From an uncultured bacterium (lineage in GTDB: Bacteria; UBP4; UBA4092): a stretch of DNA of 64,000 nt. The notes beneath the pieces are model-generated. The model did no database searches and was not told the DNA's origin. It was given only the letters and a program-made list of their open reading frames with translations. This document shows, in pieces, positions 48,952-58,647 of this stretch; the first letter of the stretch is position 1; every line of letters begins with the position of its first letter. The position numbers and the translations under genes were made by a program. The stretch is taken from contig CAVYHJ010000002.1 in assembly GCA_963768165.1 (NCBI GenBank), forward strand, positions 195,283 to 259,282, read 5' to 3'.

Positions 48952-50637
48952 TTAATATTTCTTCCAGTCAGCTATATCTACAGTCGATGGTGTCAGTATC
49001 AAATGGGTAATGGATAAGGGAGGAAGATTGTAAGTGAAAGAATTCCCGGTTACTGAAATGACGGATGGTCCAATAATGGAGGCTCCACTGTTTGAGGCTA
49101 CCGAATAGATGGTCGCACTATTGAACGTGGTTTGACTGCTAATTGTAAAATTTCCATTAATGGTCTGGGTCATATTTTTATTGAGGACCATGATATGCAA
49201 TTGTGATTGATTACTGGACATCACAGAGGCATAGATGGAGGTATCGGTAGTATCGTTCATCAACGCCTGCACATGGGTATCGCCAAAGGTGGAATTATGT
49301 CCGTCATAATTCCGGTACATCTTATAGGCTAGTGAATTATATTCATCCCCATTCCCTAAAGACCACAAACAACCCGCAAAGACACCATATTTCCCGAATA
49401 TTCCCAATACATCTGCTTCCGCTATTCCCCCTGTGATATCCCATCCTCCACCATAGTTATATTCTGAGATCGAAAGTTGGGTTCCGGGATTATAGATATT
49501 GATACAAGATTGAATCGCTGGAATATAAGGACAAAATGGTGCCCAGTAAGTTGTTTGACCTTGTCCTATCCAACTGGGTTGAATATAATTGCTATCCCAT
49601 AATTCACGGGGAGCTTGTAACCGGGCTAATTTATCTGCATTCGTGTCATTACCGGAATTGGTACTATTTATCCGATGAGTACCTGTGACCTCTGAATAGT
49701 CATGAATATCGAGCACATCCAGTAATCTAAATCCGTAAGCTGTAGAAGCCTGATACAGTTTATCCAAATAATAGCTAAGAAACCAGCCATAACTTCCTTG
49801 AACAGTGCTCCAATCGGGTGCATTTTGCAAAGTCAGAAAACCTTCAAAACCATAGTCTACCGGGCCGAACATCAGAGCCGTTGAATCCACCGACTTGATG
49901 GCGGAAGAACAGGCAATTGTCTTTTGGACTAATTCCGTGCATTGGGTTGCCGTGGGATGAATTTCCTTATGTGTGGAGGGCCATAGACTGGGTTCATTAT
50001 CCAAGTCGTAGAAGGGAACTCCACCAGTTACCTGGCTTAATGTACTGAAAGAGCTTAGGCTGCCAGCACCCGTCCCAAACCTGTTCACCAGATAGTTGAC
50101 CTGTTCATCCATATACACGGTAGAACCATTATCATACTTTGTCTCTTTCGGGTTCGTAGTAAAGGCGGAACCTTTATGAAATGCTATGGGATTAAATCTC
50201 GATGAAGAGAATGATGCCGTACTGACAACACCTGTATCATCTGCTGAAACATAACCGGCCATCTGGATTGTTAATAGGTTCTGTGCCGTGAATTTCGATC
50301 GGGTATCTAAGACATACACCGTATTCGTAGTACACGGAGACACCGTACCAATGGAAACGGAAACCCCGCCTGGTAGCATATAATCATCGCTTTCGAATAT
50401 ATAATCATTTCCTGCATTGGACCAATTCGTGACCCAGTTATATGCCGTCAAACGGTTTCCACCCATTCGAAACAAAGTAAAATTCTCCCCCCCTACCAAA
50501 TCCTGATTGGTTCCGTAAATATAGGGGCTGATTGGTTGCTGGTCGGTTTGGGGTGAAATCGTGTAGTTGACGTTTATTTGTGCGAAGGCGGAAATGGTTA
50601 GGTTGAGTAAGACGAGAAACACGAGCTTTTTTTGCAT
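48952..50637 (-). CDS. Secreted glycoside hydrolase, GH44-like (short paralog)
   Basis: Signal peptide; FRMGGNRLTAYNW, DLDNEPSLW and SEYNYGGGWDITGG motifs resemble GH44 from memory; 561 aa. Confidence 0.55.
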   Translation of the reverse strand: MQKKLVFLVLLNLTISAFAQINVNYTISPQTDQQPISPYIYGTNQDLVGGENFTLFRMGGNRLTAYNWVTNWSNAGNDYIFESDDYMLPGGVSVSIGTVSPCTTNTVYVLDTRSKFTAQNLLTIQMAGYVSADDTGVVSTASFSSSRFNPIAFHKGSAFTTNPKETKYDNGSTVYMDEQVNYLVNRFGTGAGSLSSFSTLSQVTGGVPFYDLDNEPSLWPSTHKEIHPTATQCTELVQKTIACSSAIKSVDSTALMFGPVDYGFEGFLTLQNAPDWSTVQGSYGWFLSYYLDKLYQASTAYGFRLLDVLDIHDYSEVTGTHRINSTNSGNDTNADKLARLQAPRELWDSNYIQPSWIGQGQTTYWAPFCPYIPAIQSCINIYNPGTQLSISEYNYGGGWDITGGIAEADVLGIFGKYGVFAGCLWSLGNGDEYNSLAYKMYRNYDGHNSTFGDTHVQALMNDTTDTSIYASVMSSNQSQLHIMVLNKNMTQTINGNFTISSQTTFNSATIYSVASNSGASIIGPSVISVTGNSFTYNLPPLSITHLILTPSTVDIADWKKY

Positions 50638-50860
50638 GATTACATACTCCTAATAAATTAAATAGTTCAATATGTCTACATTAGATAATAGGATAATAAA
50701 AATATATTTGCAATATGATAAATCTTTTCCAATATAAGACGTGGCGGAAATAGTGGAAGAGTGGGCAAGAGAATTAATAAAAAAGAGGATATTCTGAAAT
50801 GAACAACCCTATGTACTTATTATAAATTTCTAGTAAAATTTCCCTTGATTATTACCCCGA

Positions 50861-53287
50861 TTAATATTTTTCCCAGTCATCTATATCTACAGTCGATGGT
50901 GTCAGTATCAAATGGGTTATGGATAAGGGAGGGAGATTGTAGGTGAAAGAATTCCCGGTTACTGGAATAACGGACGGTCCGATGATGGATGTTCCACTGC
51001 TTGAGGCTACCGAATAAACGGTGGCACTATTGAACGTAGTGAGACTGCTAATCGTAAAATTTCCCTGGATGGACGATGTCCAATTTTTATTCAGCACCAT
51101 GATATGCAATTGCGATTGATTACTGGACATTACAGAGGCATAGATGGAACTATCTACCGTATCGTTCATCAACGCCTGCACATGAGTATCGCCAAAGGTG
51201 GAATTTTTACCGTCATAGTTCCGATACATTCGAAAAGCCAAGGAAATAAAATTATCTACCGATCCCCAATAACTTGCCGCATAAACCCCGTATTTCCCAC
51301 AAATTCCAAAAAAGTCCGCTTGGGCAATTCCCCCCGTAATATCCCAACTGCCGCCAAAACTATATTCCGAAAATGATGTTTTTGTACCGGGATAGTAATT
51401 ATAAATGGAAGTTTGAATGGTCGGAATAAGCGGTAAATAGGCATCGTAATATTGTCCAATCCAGCTATTCTCAACATAATTCTTATCCCATAATGTCCGC
51501 GGCGCTTGTAGCCGGACGGTCTTATCTGAATACGTATCGGAGTCGGAATTTGTCCCCGTAATGGAATTTCCCTCAGAGCCAGCAGCGGAAGAATAATAAT
51601 GCAGATCCAACACATCCAACAATCGTTCTCCTATAGTCACAGAAGCTTTATGCACTGTATCCAAATAGTACGATAAAAACCAATCCGGTGAATACCCGTT
51701 ATCTACATTGGCCCAATCCGGAGCACCTTGCAAAGTCAGATAACCTTCAAAACCATATTCCACCGGGCCAAACACCATGGCCGTCGAATCCACCGACTTG
51801 ATGGCAGAAGAACAGGCTATCGTCTTCTGAACCAGTTCCGTACAACAGGTTGCTGTGGGATGAATTTCCTTATGTGTTCCCGACCAAATCGAGGGTTCAT
51901 TATCCAAGTCATAGAAGGGAATTCCACCGGTTACCTGACTTAATGTACTGAAAGAGCTTAGACTGCTGCCACCCGTACCAAACCTATTCACCAGATAGTT
52001 CACTTGTTCATCCATATACACCGTAGCCCCATCATCATAACTTGTCTCTGTCGGTTTCGTGGTAAAGGCGGAACCTTTATGAAACGCTATCGGGTTAAAT
52101 CTCCACGATTGAAATGACGTCGTACTGACGTCCCCCGTATCATCTGCCGAAACATACCCAGCCATCTGGATCGTTAATAGGTTCTGTGCCGTGTAATGGG
52201 AGCGGGTATCTAAGACATACACCGTGTTGGTCGTACACGGATTCGCGTTAAAACTGCCAGAAACACCGCTGGGATACATACCATCATCGCTCTCAAAATA
52301 CCAGTCACTTCCTGCATTGGACCAATTAGTGACCCAGTTATAGGCGGACAAACGGTTTCCGCCCATGCGAAATAAAGTAAAGTTCTCTCCCCCTACCAAA
52401 GGCCCGAAATTAATTCCATAAATATAGGGACTAATGGCTTGTTGTTCCAATTGAGGGGAGATAGAGTAATTGATTGTGATTTGAGACAGGGTAATGGATA
52501 AAGCTTGGGTGGCTGTGGATCCCACTGAATCAGTTACTTTCACAGTAAAGTCATAAACACCTAATGAAGTCGGAGTTCCTGAAATAGTGCCTGAACTATA
52601 GAAAGTCAACCCGGGAGGTAATGTTCCCGTCGTTGTAGTCCAAGTATAGGGAGGAGTCCCATTCGCTGCTTGAAGGATCTGATTATAAGGAAAATTAATT
52701 GTTCCATTGGGTAAACTGGAGGTCGTGATAATTAAAGAAGGTGTTGTCGTAGATAGGGAGGGGCCAAAAATAACATTGTCAATTTTAAAAGTATAATTTC
52801 CGGTATTGGTCCCGATAAGAATTTGAAGGCCAATCCGATCCATCGGAGTTCCAATCCCGGTGTCATTTCCATATAATATGCTTGACTGCCAAGAGTTGGA
52901 TAAAGTCAACCATGATCCATTAGCCCAGGTCCATCCAGAACCTTGTTGCGAATATACTTGTGCATTGGGGGAAGATGCAGAATTGGTACATGCAACATAC
53001 ATACTCAAGATAGTATCAGTTCCCAATGTAAATGGTGGATTCGAGTAATAGACATCTATATTGGCACTGGTAGATGAAGTTTTGTTTACATAGACATAAA
53101 GACAGTCCTCACCGGAATATCCACCGGGTCCCCAACCGATAGTAAAAGAACCATAGTTACCACTTTCCCAGGCAGCTACCCAACCGGTGGTATTACTCGA
53201 TTGGGAAAAGAAATCTGAATATGATGCAATTACAGGGCTGAGAATGGTTAGGGAAAGTAGAAGAGTTGAAATAAGAAGTTTTTTCAT
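50861..53287 (-). CDS. Secreted GH44-like hydrolase with N-terminal extra and Ig-like domains
   Basis: 808 aa; N-terminal about 270 aa with PPYTWTTTTGTLPPGL...GTISGTP Ig-like segment, then the same catalytic region as 48952..50637. Confidence 0.55.
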   Translation of the reverse strand: MKKLLISTLLLSLTILSPVIASYSDFFSQSSNTTGWVAAWESGNYGSFTIGWGPGGYSGEDCLYVYVNKTSSTSANIDVYYSNPPFTLGTDTILSMYVACTNSASSPNAQVYSQQGSGWTWANGSWLTLSNSWQSSILYGNDTGIGTPMDRIGLQILIGTNTGNYTFKIDNVIFGPSLSTTTPSLIITTSSLPNGTINFPYNQILQAANGTPPYTWTTTTGTLPPGLTFYSSGTISGTPTSLGVYDFTVKVTDSVGSTATQALSITLSQITINYSISPQLEQQAISPYIYGINFGPLVGGENFTLFRMGGNRLSAYNWVTNWSNAGSDWYFESDDGMYPSGVSGSFNANPCTTNTVYVLDTRSHYTAQNLLTIQMAGYVSADDTGDVSTTSFQSWRFNPIAFHKGSAFTTKPTETSYDDGATVYMDEQVNYLVNRFGTGGSSLSSFSTLSQVTGGIPFYDLDNEPSIWSGTHKEIHPTATCCTELVQKTIACSSAIKSVDSTAMVFGPVEYGFEGYLTLQGAPDWANVDNGYSPDWFLSYYLDTVHKASVTIGERLLDVLDLHYYSSAAGSEGNSITGTNSDSDTYSDKTVRLQAPRTLWDKNYVENSWIGQYYDAYLPLIPTIQTSIYNYYPGTKTSFSEYSFGGSWDITGGIAQADFFGICGKYGVYAASYWGSVDNFISLAFRMYRNYDGKNSTFGDTHVQALMNDTVDSSIYASVMSSNQSQLHIMVLNKNWTSSIQGNFTISSLTTFNSATVYSVASSSGTSIIGPSVIPVTGNSFTYNLPPLSITHLILTPSTVDIDDWEKY

Positions 53288-53394
53288 CGGAAGGACTATC
53301 CTTTCAAATAAATAATTTATGATACGTTAAATTTACCTCAATCGGTGAGGTCATGTCAATGGATCTTAACCAATAAAAACGCGATAGAAATAGT

Positions 53395-53437
53395 GGAAGA
53401 ATAAATAAAAAAAGGAGTGTTCTGACATGAACACCCC
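53395..53437 (-). terminator. Intrinsic terminator after GH44-like gene copy 3
   Basis: Hairpin GGAGTGTTC-TGACAT-GAACACCCC followed by U-run on the minus-strand transcript. Confidence 0.5.
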
Positions 53438-53478
53438 TATATACTCATTATTATAAAATTCTAGTAGAATGTCTCTAG

Positions 53479-55908
53479 TTAATCTTTCTTCCAGTCAGGT
53501 ACATTAAGATTTACAGGCATCAATATAAAATGGGTAATGGATAAGGGAGGGAGATTGTAGATGAAAGAATTCCCGGTCACTGGAATAACAGATGGCCCGA
53601 TGATGGATGTTCCACTGGTTGAGACTATCGAATAAACGGTTGCAGTATCGAAAGTGTATAGACTGCTAATCGTAAAATTTCCCTGGATGGACTGAGTCCA
53701 ATTTTTATTCAACACCATGATATGTAATTCCTGATTACTCGACATCACAGAGGCATAGATGGAGGTGTCTGTGGTATCATCCATCAATGCCTGGACATGA
53801 GTATCCCCAAAAGTGGAATTTTTCCCGTCATAATTCCGATACATTTTATAGGCCAAGGAAGTATACTTGTCTCCCTGACCCAAGGACCAATAGCACGCCG
53901 CATAAACCCCATATTTCCCATAAATTCCTAAAGCATCCGCTTGCGCTATCCCACCCGTAATATCCCAACCGCCGCCAAAGCTGTATTCCGTAAATGAGTT
54001 TTTTGTACCGGGATAGTAATTATTGATGGAAGTTTGGATGGTCGGAATAAGCGGCAGATATTGGTCATTCCATTGTGCAATCCAGCTTGGTTCAATATAA
54101 TTCTTATCCCATAATGTCCGCGGTGCTTGTAGCCGAACTTGTTTATCACTCAATGTATCACTGGTAGGCGTTGTCCCCGTAATGGAATTTCCTTCAGAAC
54201 CAGTAGGGGAAGAATAATAATGAAGATCCAACACATCCAACAATCGTTCTCCAAAAGTCACAGAGGCTTGTTTCACAGTGTCCAAATAGTACGATAAAAA
54301 CCAGTTCGGTGAATATCCGGTGCTCACACTGGCCCAATCCGGTGCACCTTGCAAAGTCAGATAACCTTCAAAACCATATTCCACCGGACCGAACACCAAA
54401 GCCGTTGAATCTACCGACTTGATGGCAGAAGAACAGGCAATCGTCTTTTGAACTAATTCCGTACAACAAGTTGCTGTGGGATGAATTTCCTTATGTGTTC
54501 CCGACCAAATCGAGGGTTCATTATCCAAGTCATAGAAGGGAATTCCACCGGTTACCTGACTTAATGTACTGAAAGAGCTTAGACTGCTGCCACCCGTACC
54601 AAACCTATTCACCAGATAGTTCACTTGTTCATCCATATACACCGTAGCCCCATCATCATAACTTGTCTCTGTCGGTTTCGTGGTAAAGGCGGAACCTTTA
54701 TGAAACGCTATGGGATTAAATCTCCACGATTGAAATGACGTCGTACTGACGTCCCCCGTATCATCTGCCGAAACATACCCAGCCATCTGGATCGTTAATA
54801 GGTTCTGTGCCGTGAACTGGGAGCGGGTATTTAAGACATACACCGTATTGGTCGTACACGGAGACACCGTACCAATGGAAACGGAAACCCCGCCTGGTAA
54901 CATACCATCATCGCTCTCGAAATACCAATCATTTCCTGCATTGGACCAATTCGTGACCCAGTTATAGGCGGATAAACGGTTTCCGCCCATTCGAAATAAA
55001 GTAAAGTTCTCACCCCCCACCAAAGTCTGATTAGTTCCATAAATATAAGGACTAATGGCTTGTTGCTCTAATTGAGGGGAAATGGTGTAATTGACTGTGA
55101 TTTGAGTCAGGGTAATGGATAAAGCCTGGGTGGCTGTGGAGGCTACTGAGTCGGTTACTCTCACAGTAAAGTTATAAATACCTAATGAAGTCGGAGTTCC
55201 TGAAATAGTGCCTGAACTATAGAAATTCAATCCGGGAGGTAAAGTTCCTGCCGTGGTTGTCCAGGTATAAGGAGGTGTTCCATTGGCTGCTTGCAATACC
55301 TGGCTATAAGAATAATTAATCGTTGCATTGGGTAAACTGGAAGTTGTAATCACTAAGGGCGGTACTGTTGTGGATAAAGATGGGCCAAAAATAACATTAT
55401 CAATTTTAAAAGTATAATTTCCGGTATTGGTTCCGATAAGAATTTGAAGGCCAATCCGATCCATCGGAGTCCCACTTCCGGTGTCATTTCTATATAATAT
55501 GCTTGACTGCCAAGAGTTGGATAAAGTCAACCATGATCCATTAGCCCATGTCCATCCAGAACCTTGTTGCGAATATACTTGTGCATTGGGGGAAGATGCA
55601 GAATTGGTACATGCTACATACATATTTAAAACGGTATCGGTTCCTAAAGTAAAGGCTGGATTCGAGTAATAGACATCTATATTGGCACTGGAGGATGAGG
55701 TTTTGTTTACATAGACATAGAGACAATCCTCTCCGGAATATCCCCCTAGACCCCAACCAACAGTGATGGTACCATAAGGACCCCCTTCCCATGCAGCACT
55801 CCAACCAACGGTATCACTCGATTGGGAAAAGATAGTTGAATAAGAAGCAAATACAGGACTGAAAATTATTATGGTAAGAAGAAGAGTTGGAATAAGAAGT
55901 TTTTTCAT
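53479..55908 (-). CDS. Secreted GH44-like hydrolase with N-terminal extra and Ig-like domains (paralog)
   Basis: Start set at MKKLLIPTLLL (same RBS context as copy 2); nucleotide-level similarity to 50861..53287. Confidence 0.55.
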   Translation of the reverse strand: MKKLLIPTLLLTIIIFSPVFASYSTIFSQSSDTVGWSAAWEGGPYGTITVGWGLGGYSGEDCLYVYVNKTSSSSANIDVYYSNPAFTLGTDTVLNMYVACTNSASSPNAQVYSQQGSGWTWANGSWLTLSNSWQSSILYRNDTGSGTPMDRIGLQILIGTNTGNYTFKIDNVIFGPSLSTTVPPLVITTSSLPNATINYSYSQVLQAANGTPPYTWTTTAGTLPPGLNFYSSGTISGTPTSLGIYNFTVRVTDSVASTATQALSITLTQITVNYTISPQLEQQAISPYIYGTNQTLVGGENFTLFRMGGNRLSAYNWVTNWSNAGNDWYFESDDGMLPGGVSVSIGTVSPCTTNTVYVLNTRSQFTAQNLLTIQMAGYVSADDTGDVSTTSFQSWRFNPIAFHKGSAFTTKPTETSYDDGATVYMDEQVNYLVNRFGTGGSSLSSFSTLSQVTGGIPFYDLDNEPSIWSGTHKEIHPTATCCTELVQKTIACSSAIKSVDSTALVFGPVEYGFEGYLTLQGAPDWASVSTGYSPNWFLSYYLDTVKQASVTFGERLLDVLDLHYYSSPTGSEGNSITGTTPTSDTLSDKQVRLQAPRTLWDKNYIEPSWIAQWNDQYLPLIPTIQTSINNYYPGTKNSFTEYSFGGGWDITGGIAQADALGIYGKYGVYAACYWSLGQGDKYTSLAYKMYRNYDGKNSTFGDTHVQALMDDTTDTSIYASVMSSNQELHIMVLNKNWTQSIQGNFTISSLYTFDTATVYSIVSTSGTSIIGPSVIPVTGNSFIYNLPPLSITHFILMPVNLNVPDWKKD

Positions 55909-55997
55909 CGGAAGGACTATCCTTTCAAATAAAAATATATATGATACATTAACTATATTTACCACAATCGGTGAGGCTATGTCAATGTATAATAATC

Positions 55998-57429
55998 AGG
56001 AGTTTCCCCATTTTTTAATCGAAATCAAATTGAAGGAACAACTGATTGGGTTCCAAGAAAGGTTTTTGGGATTGGGGAGTATATTTCCAACGGGTATTAA
56101 AGAAGACCCGAAAGATGCCATCGGCCAAGGCATATTGATGGAAAGCAGGAATTTGAAAGAAACGTTTGGCCCGGGTATAAATTTTACGAAGAAGTACCGC
56201 AAGTCGAAGAGTTCCACCAAGGAAGACACTCAGGAAATAGAAGACGGCAAAGAGTAAGACGACAGTATTTTTCAGAGAGCGATACGTGCGTACCCGTACA
56301 TCCTCGAGATGATATTCTTTTTTAAGAAACCGGATACTTTCTTCCACTTTCCAACGAGTCAGATAAATCTCCAAAATACGAAGAGGGGAAAAGGTTACAT
56401 TGGTTAAGAGGATGAGCGGCTCGGATCCAAATCCTTTCACGACCACTAAAAACAAATCTTCCCCTGATAGCGTAGGAAAATGAACTTTGGTTTTCCCCAG
56501 AGATAATAATCGTTTTTCCGTATACCCTTGTTGATCGACCTCCACCGTATACTCCTGGGGACAAGCAAGCTCTTGGGCCATCTGTCGAGCCAGTTGTTCA
56601 ACCCGATTCGGAGTAATCAATCCACGGTCTCCTTTGAGACGAACCACAAATCGCAAGTCCCTCGCCAACCAGTCTCGAATCAGGTTTTTTCGGTCTCCCC
56701 CACGGTCCATGACCCAAATCCCTTTACCCTTCAAGGAGCTATTGACTTGATCCATCGCTTTGAATATTTGATGGTTCTCGCTGATGAAATCATGCGCCTT
56801 CGCCGAATATAATTCACTGTAGAGGGGATACAAATTCTTTTGGTCTACCCGGGCACCCACCACTTCTAACACCCAATATCCCCAGGTCTTCTGTTTCTCT
56901 ACCCCATCCCAAACCCAATCTAAGAAATCCATCTTCTGGGCATAGGGTTTGGAGATATCCGTCAAATCAATCGCTAATACCGTATCCGGATCTATTCGAT
57001 CTCGCACATGCTCCAGCATCTGATCCAAGACCTGTTGGGATAACTCTGGATCTTGCAGATTTCGAGACAACCGATTCTCCGTCTTGATCAATTTGATCTC
57101 CTCATGTAAATTACGGGCCACTTCCGATAACTTGATATCCCGCGAGGCTTGAATCCCAAAGAGCATCTGATGAAGAAATCTCCGTTGTGGTTTGGGGAGT
57201 CCTTTCCCAAGGACCTCCATAAAGTGATCTAATTGAGTATTGATTTTTTCCAGTAATCTGCTATCGTTATTCATAGGAACCTCCGATTTTGGGGAATAAG
57301 ATTCCCCATTTTTTTCTCCAAGGCTATTTTATCCCCGCTCAGAGGTTCCTTACCACTTCCTATTTTACATCCCTTATTGATATCTCGCAGGTTATATTAT
57401 TCAATCCCTAAATTCTGGGGAAACTCCTC
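55998..57429 (-). mobile_element. IS4-like insertion sequence with 8-bp target-site duplication
   Basis: Terminal inverted repeats CAGGAGTTTCCCCA (55998-56011) and TGGGGAAACTCCTC (57416-57429); flanking direct repeats ATAATAAT at 55990-55997 and 57430-57437; one transposase ORF. Confidence 0.7.
56015..57274 (-). CDS. DDE transposase (IS4-family-like)
   Basis: 419 aa; candidate DDE residues in AIDLTDI, VMDRGGD and YLTRWKVEESIRFLKKE. Confidence 0.75.
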   Translation of the reverse strand: MNNDSRLLEKINTQLDHFMEVLGKGLPKPQRRFLHQMLFGIQASRDIKLSEVARNLHEEIKLIKTENRLSRNLQDPELSQQVLDQMLEHVRDRIDPDTVLAIDLTDISKPYAQKMDFLDWVWDGVEKQKTWGYWVLEVVGARVDQKNLYPLYSELYSAKAHDFISENHQIFKAMDQVNSSLKGKGIWVMDRGGDRKNLIRDWLARDLRFVVRLKGDRGLITPNRVEQLARQMAQELACPQEYTVEVDQQGYTEKRLLSLGKTKVHFPTLSGEDLFLVVVKGFGSEPLILLTNVTFSPLRILEIYLTRWKVEESIRFLKKEYHLEDVRVRTYRSLKNTVVLLFAVFYFLSVFLGGTLRLAVLLRKIYTRAKRFFQIPAFHQYALADGIFRVFFNTRWKYTPQSQKPFLEPNQLFLQFDFD

Positions 57430-57803
57430 ATAATAATTGATTCAAGATGGCTTTATTTTCAATCATGTTATTTTAAAAATTGTAAAGAATAATTTCAAAT
57501 TAACAATCATTTCTATTATTGGTTAAATAAGTGTAAAGTTAGCTACACACTGTCTCCGTATTAACTCCACTTTGTCTCCCAATGAACCGTATAGGTACTT
57601 TTCAGATGCTTTTACTAAAATAAATTTATGAAACACTTTATTTTTTTAATTTTTAGGGCTTTTAGAAGGAGAGTTGTCTACACTTTAGCGACTAACCTAC
57701 TAATCATTTAAGGCACGTAGATTGAGCTCCATAAAATTTTCTTGCATGGTCGGTATCCAGTGACACCCGTACCGAAATAGGGAGATCTTTGATTCGTGAA
57801 AAA

Positions 57804-58643
57804 TTAACCTTTCAGCCCGGAGGTGGATAAAGACTTCACAATATGCTCTTGAAAAACAAAGAAGATAATCAAGACAGGAATTATAGCCAGTGCAGCTCCA
57901 GCCATCTGGATATTTTCCGACCCGGTATATCTTCCCTGGAGGAGAGCTATTCCCAAGGGAAGAGTATATTTATCTTCATCCAATAGAAAAATTAAAGGAC
58001 CTACAAAATTATTCCAGGAACCCAAGAAAGTGAGGATGGCTAAAGTAGCAATCAAGGCTTTCGATAATGGAACAATTATTAAACTATAGGTATAGAAATC
58101 CGGACAGCCATCAATTTTGGCGGCATCTGTTAAATCATTCGGGATCGTCTCAATAAACTGTTTCGCAAGAAACACACCAAAGGTACCTGCCAGACTGGGG
58201 ACTATTAAAGGAAGGTAGGTATTTAACCAATGGAAATCCCGCATGAGTATAAATCCCGGCACCAATAAAACACTGCCCGGAATCATCATGGTCGCCAGCA
58301 TCGCCAGGAATATTTTATCTTTACCCGGGAATTGGTGTTTGGCAAAGGTATACCCCGCGAGAGAACAAAAGAAAATGGTTCCCAAGGTAACACTCCCGGA
58401 GACAACTACACTATTCCACATGAAACGTAGGTACGGCATACCGACCATCAGTTCCCGGTAGGGAATTAAAGTTGGAAAGTGTTTGAACCATAAACTAATA
58501 GGAATAGCGATGACATCCTCCCCCTTTTTAAAAGAAGTAATCACCATAAAATAGAACGGGATGACCATCACAATTCCAAACAAAGCCATCAAGAAATAAA
58601 TTAAAAAGCGAAAGAAGGATTTCTTGATTCGATAAGTATTCAT
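57804..58643 (-). CDS. Carbohydrate ABC transporter permease (MalG-like)
   Basis: Six-TM permease with EAA-loop-like AAKIDGCPDF..IIVPLSKAL. Confidence 0.85.
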   Translation of the reverse strand: MNTYRIKKSFFRFLIYFLMALFGIVMVIPFYFMVITSFKKGEDVIAIPISLWFKHFPTLIPYRELMVGMPYLRFMWNSVVVSGSVTLGTIFFCSLAGYTFAKHQFPGKDKIFLAMLATMMIPGSVLLVPGFILMRDFHWLNTYLPLIVPSLAGTFGVFLAKQFIETIPNDLTDAAKIDGCPDFYTYSLIIVPLSKALIATLAILTFLGSWNNFVGPLIFLLDEDKYTLPLGIALLQGRYTGSENIQMAGAALAIIPVLIIFFVFQEHIVKSLSTSGLKG

Positions 58644-58647
58644 TGCA

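Noticed and set aside
55871-56257. 128-aa plus-strand ORF
   Set aside because: Spans the IS left end and the 3' end of the transposase gene on the opposite strand.
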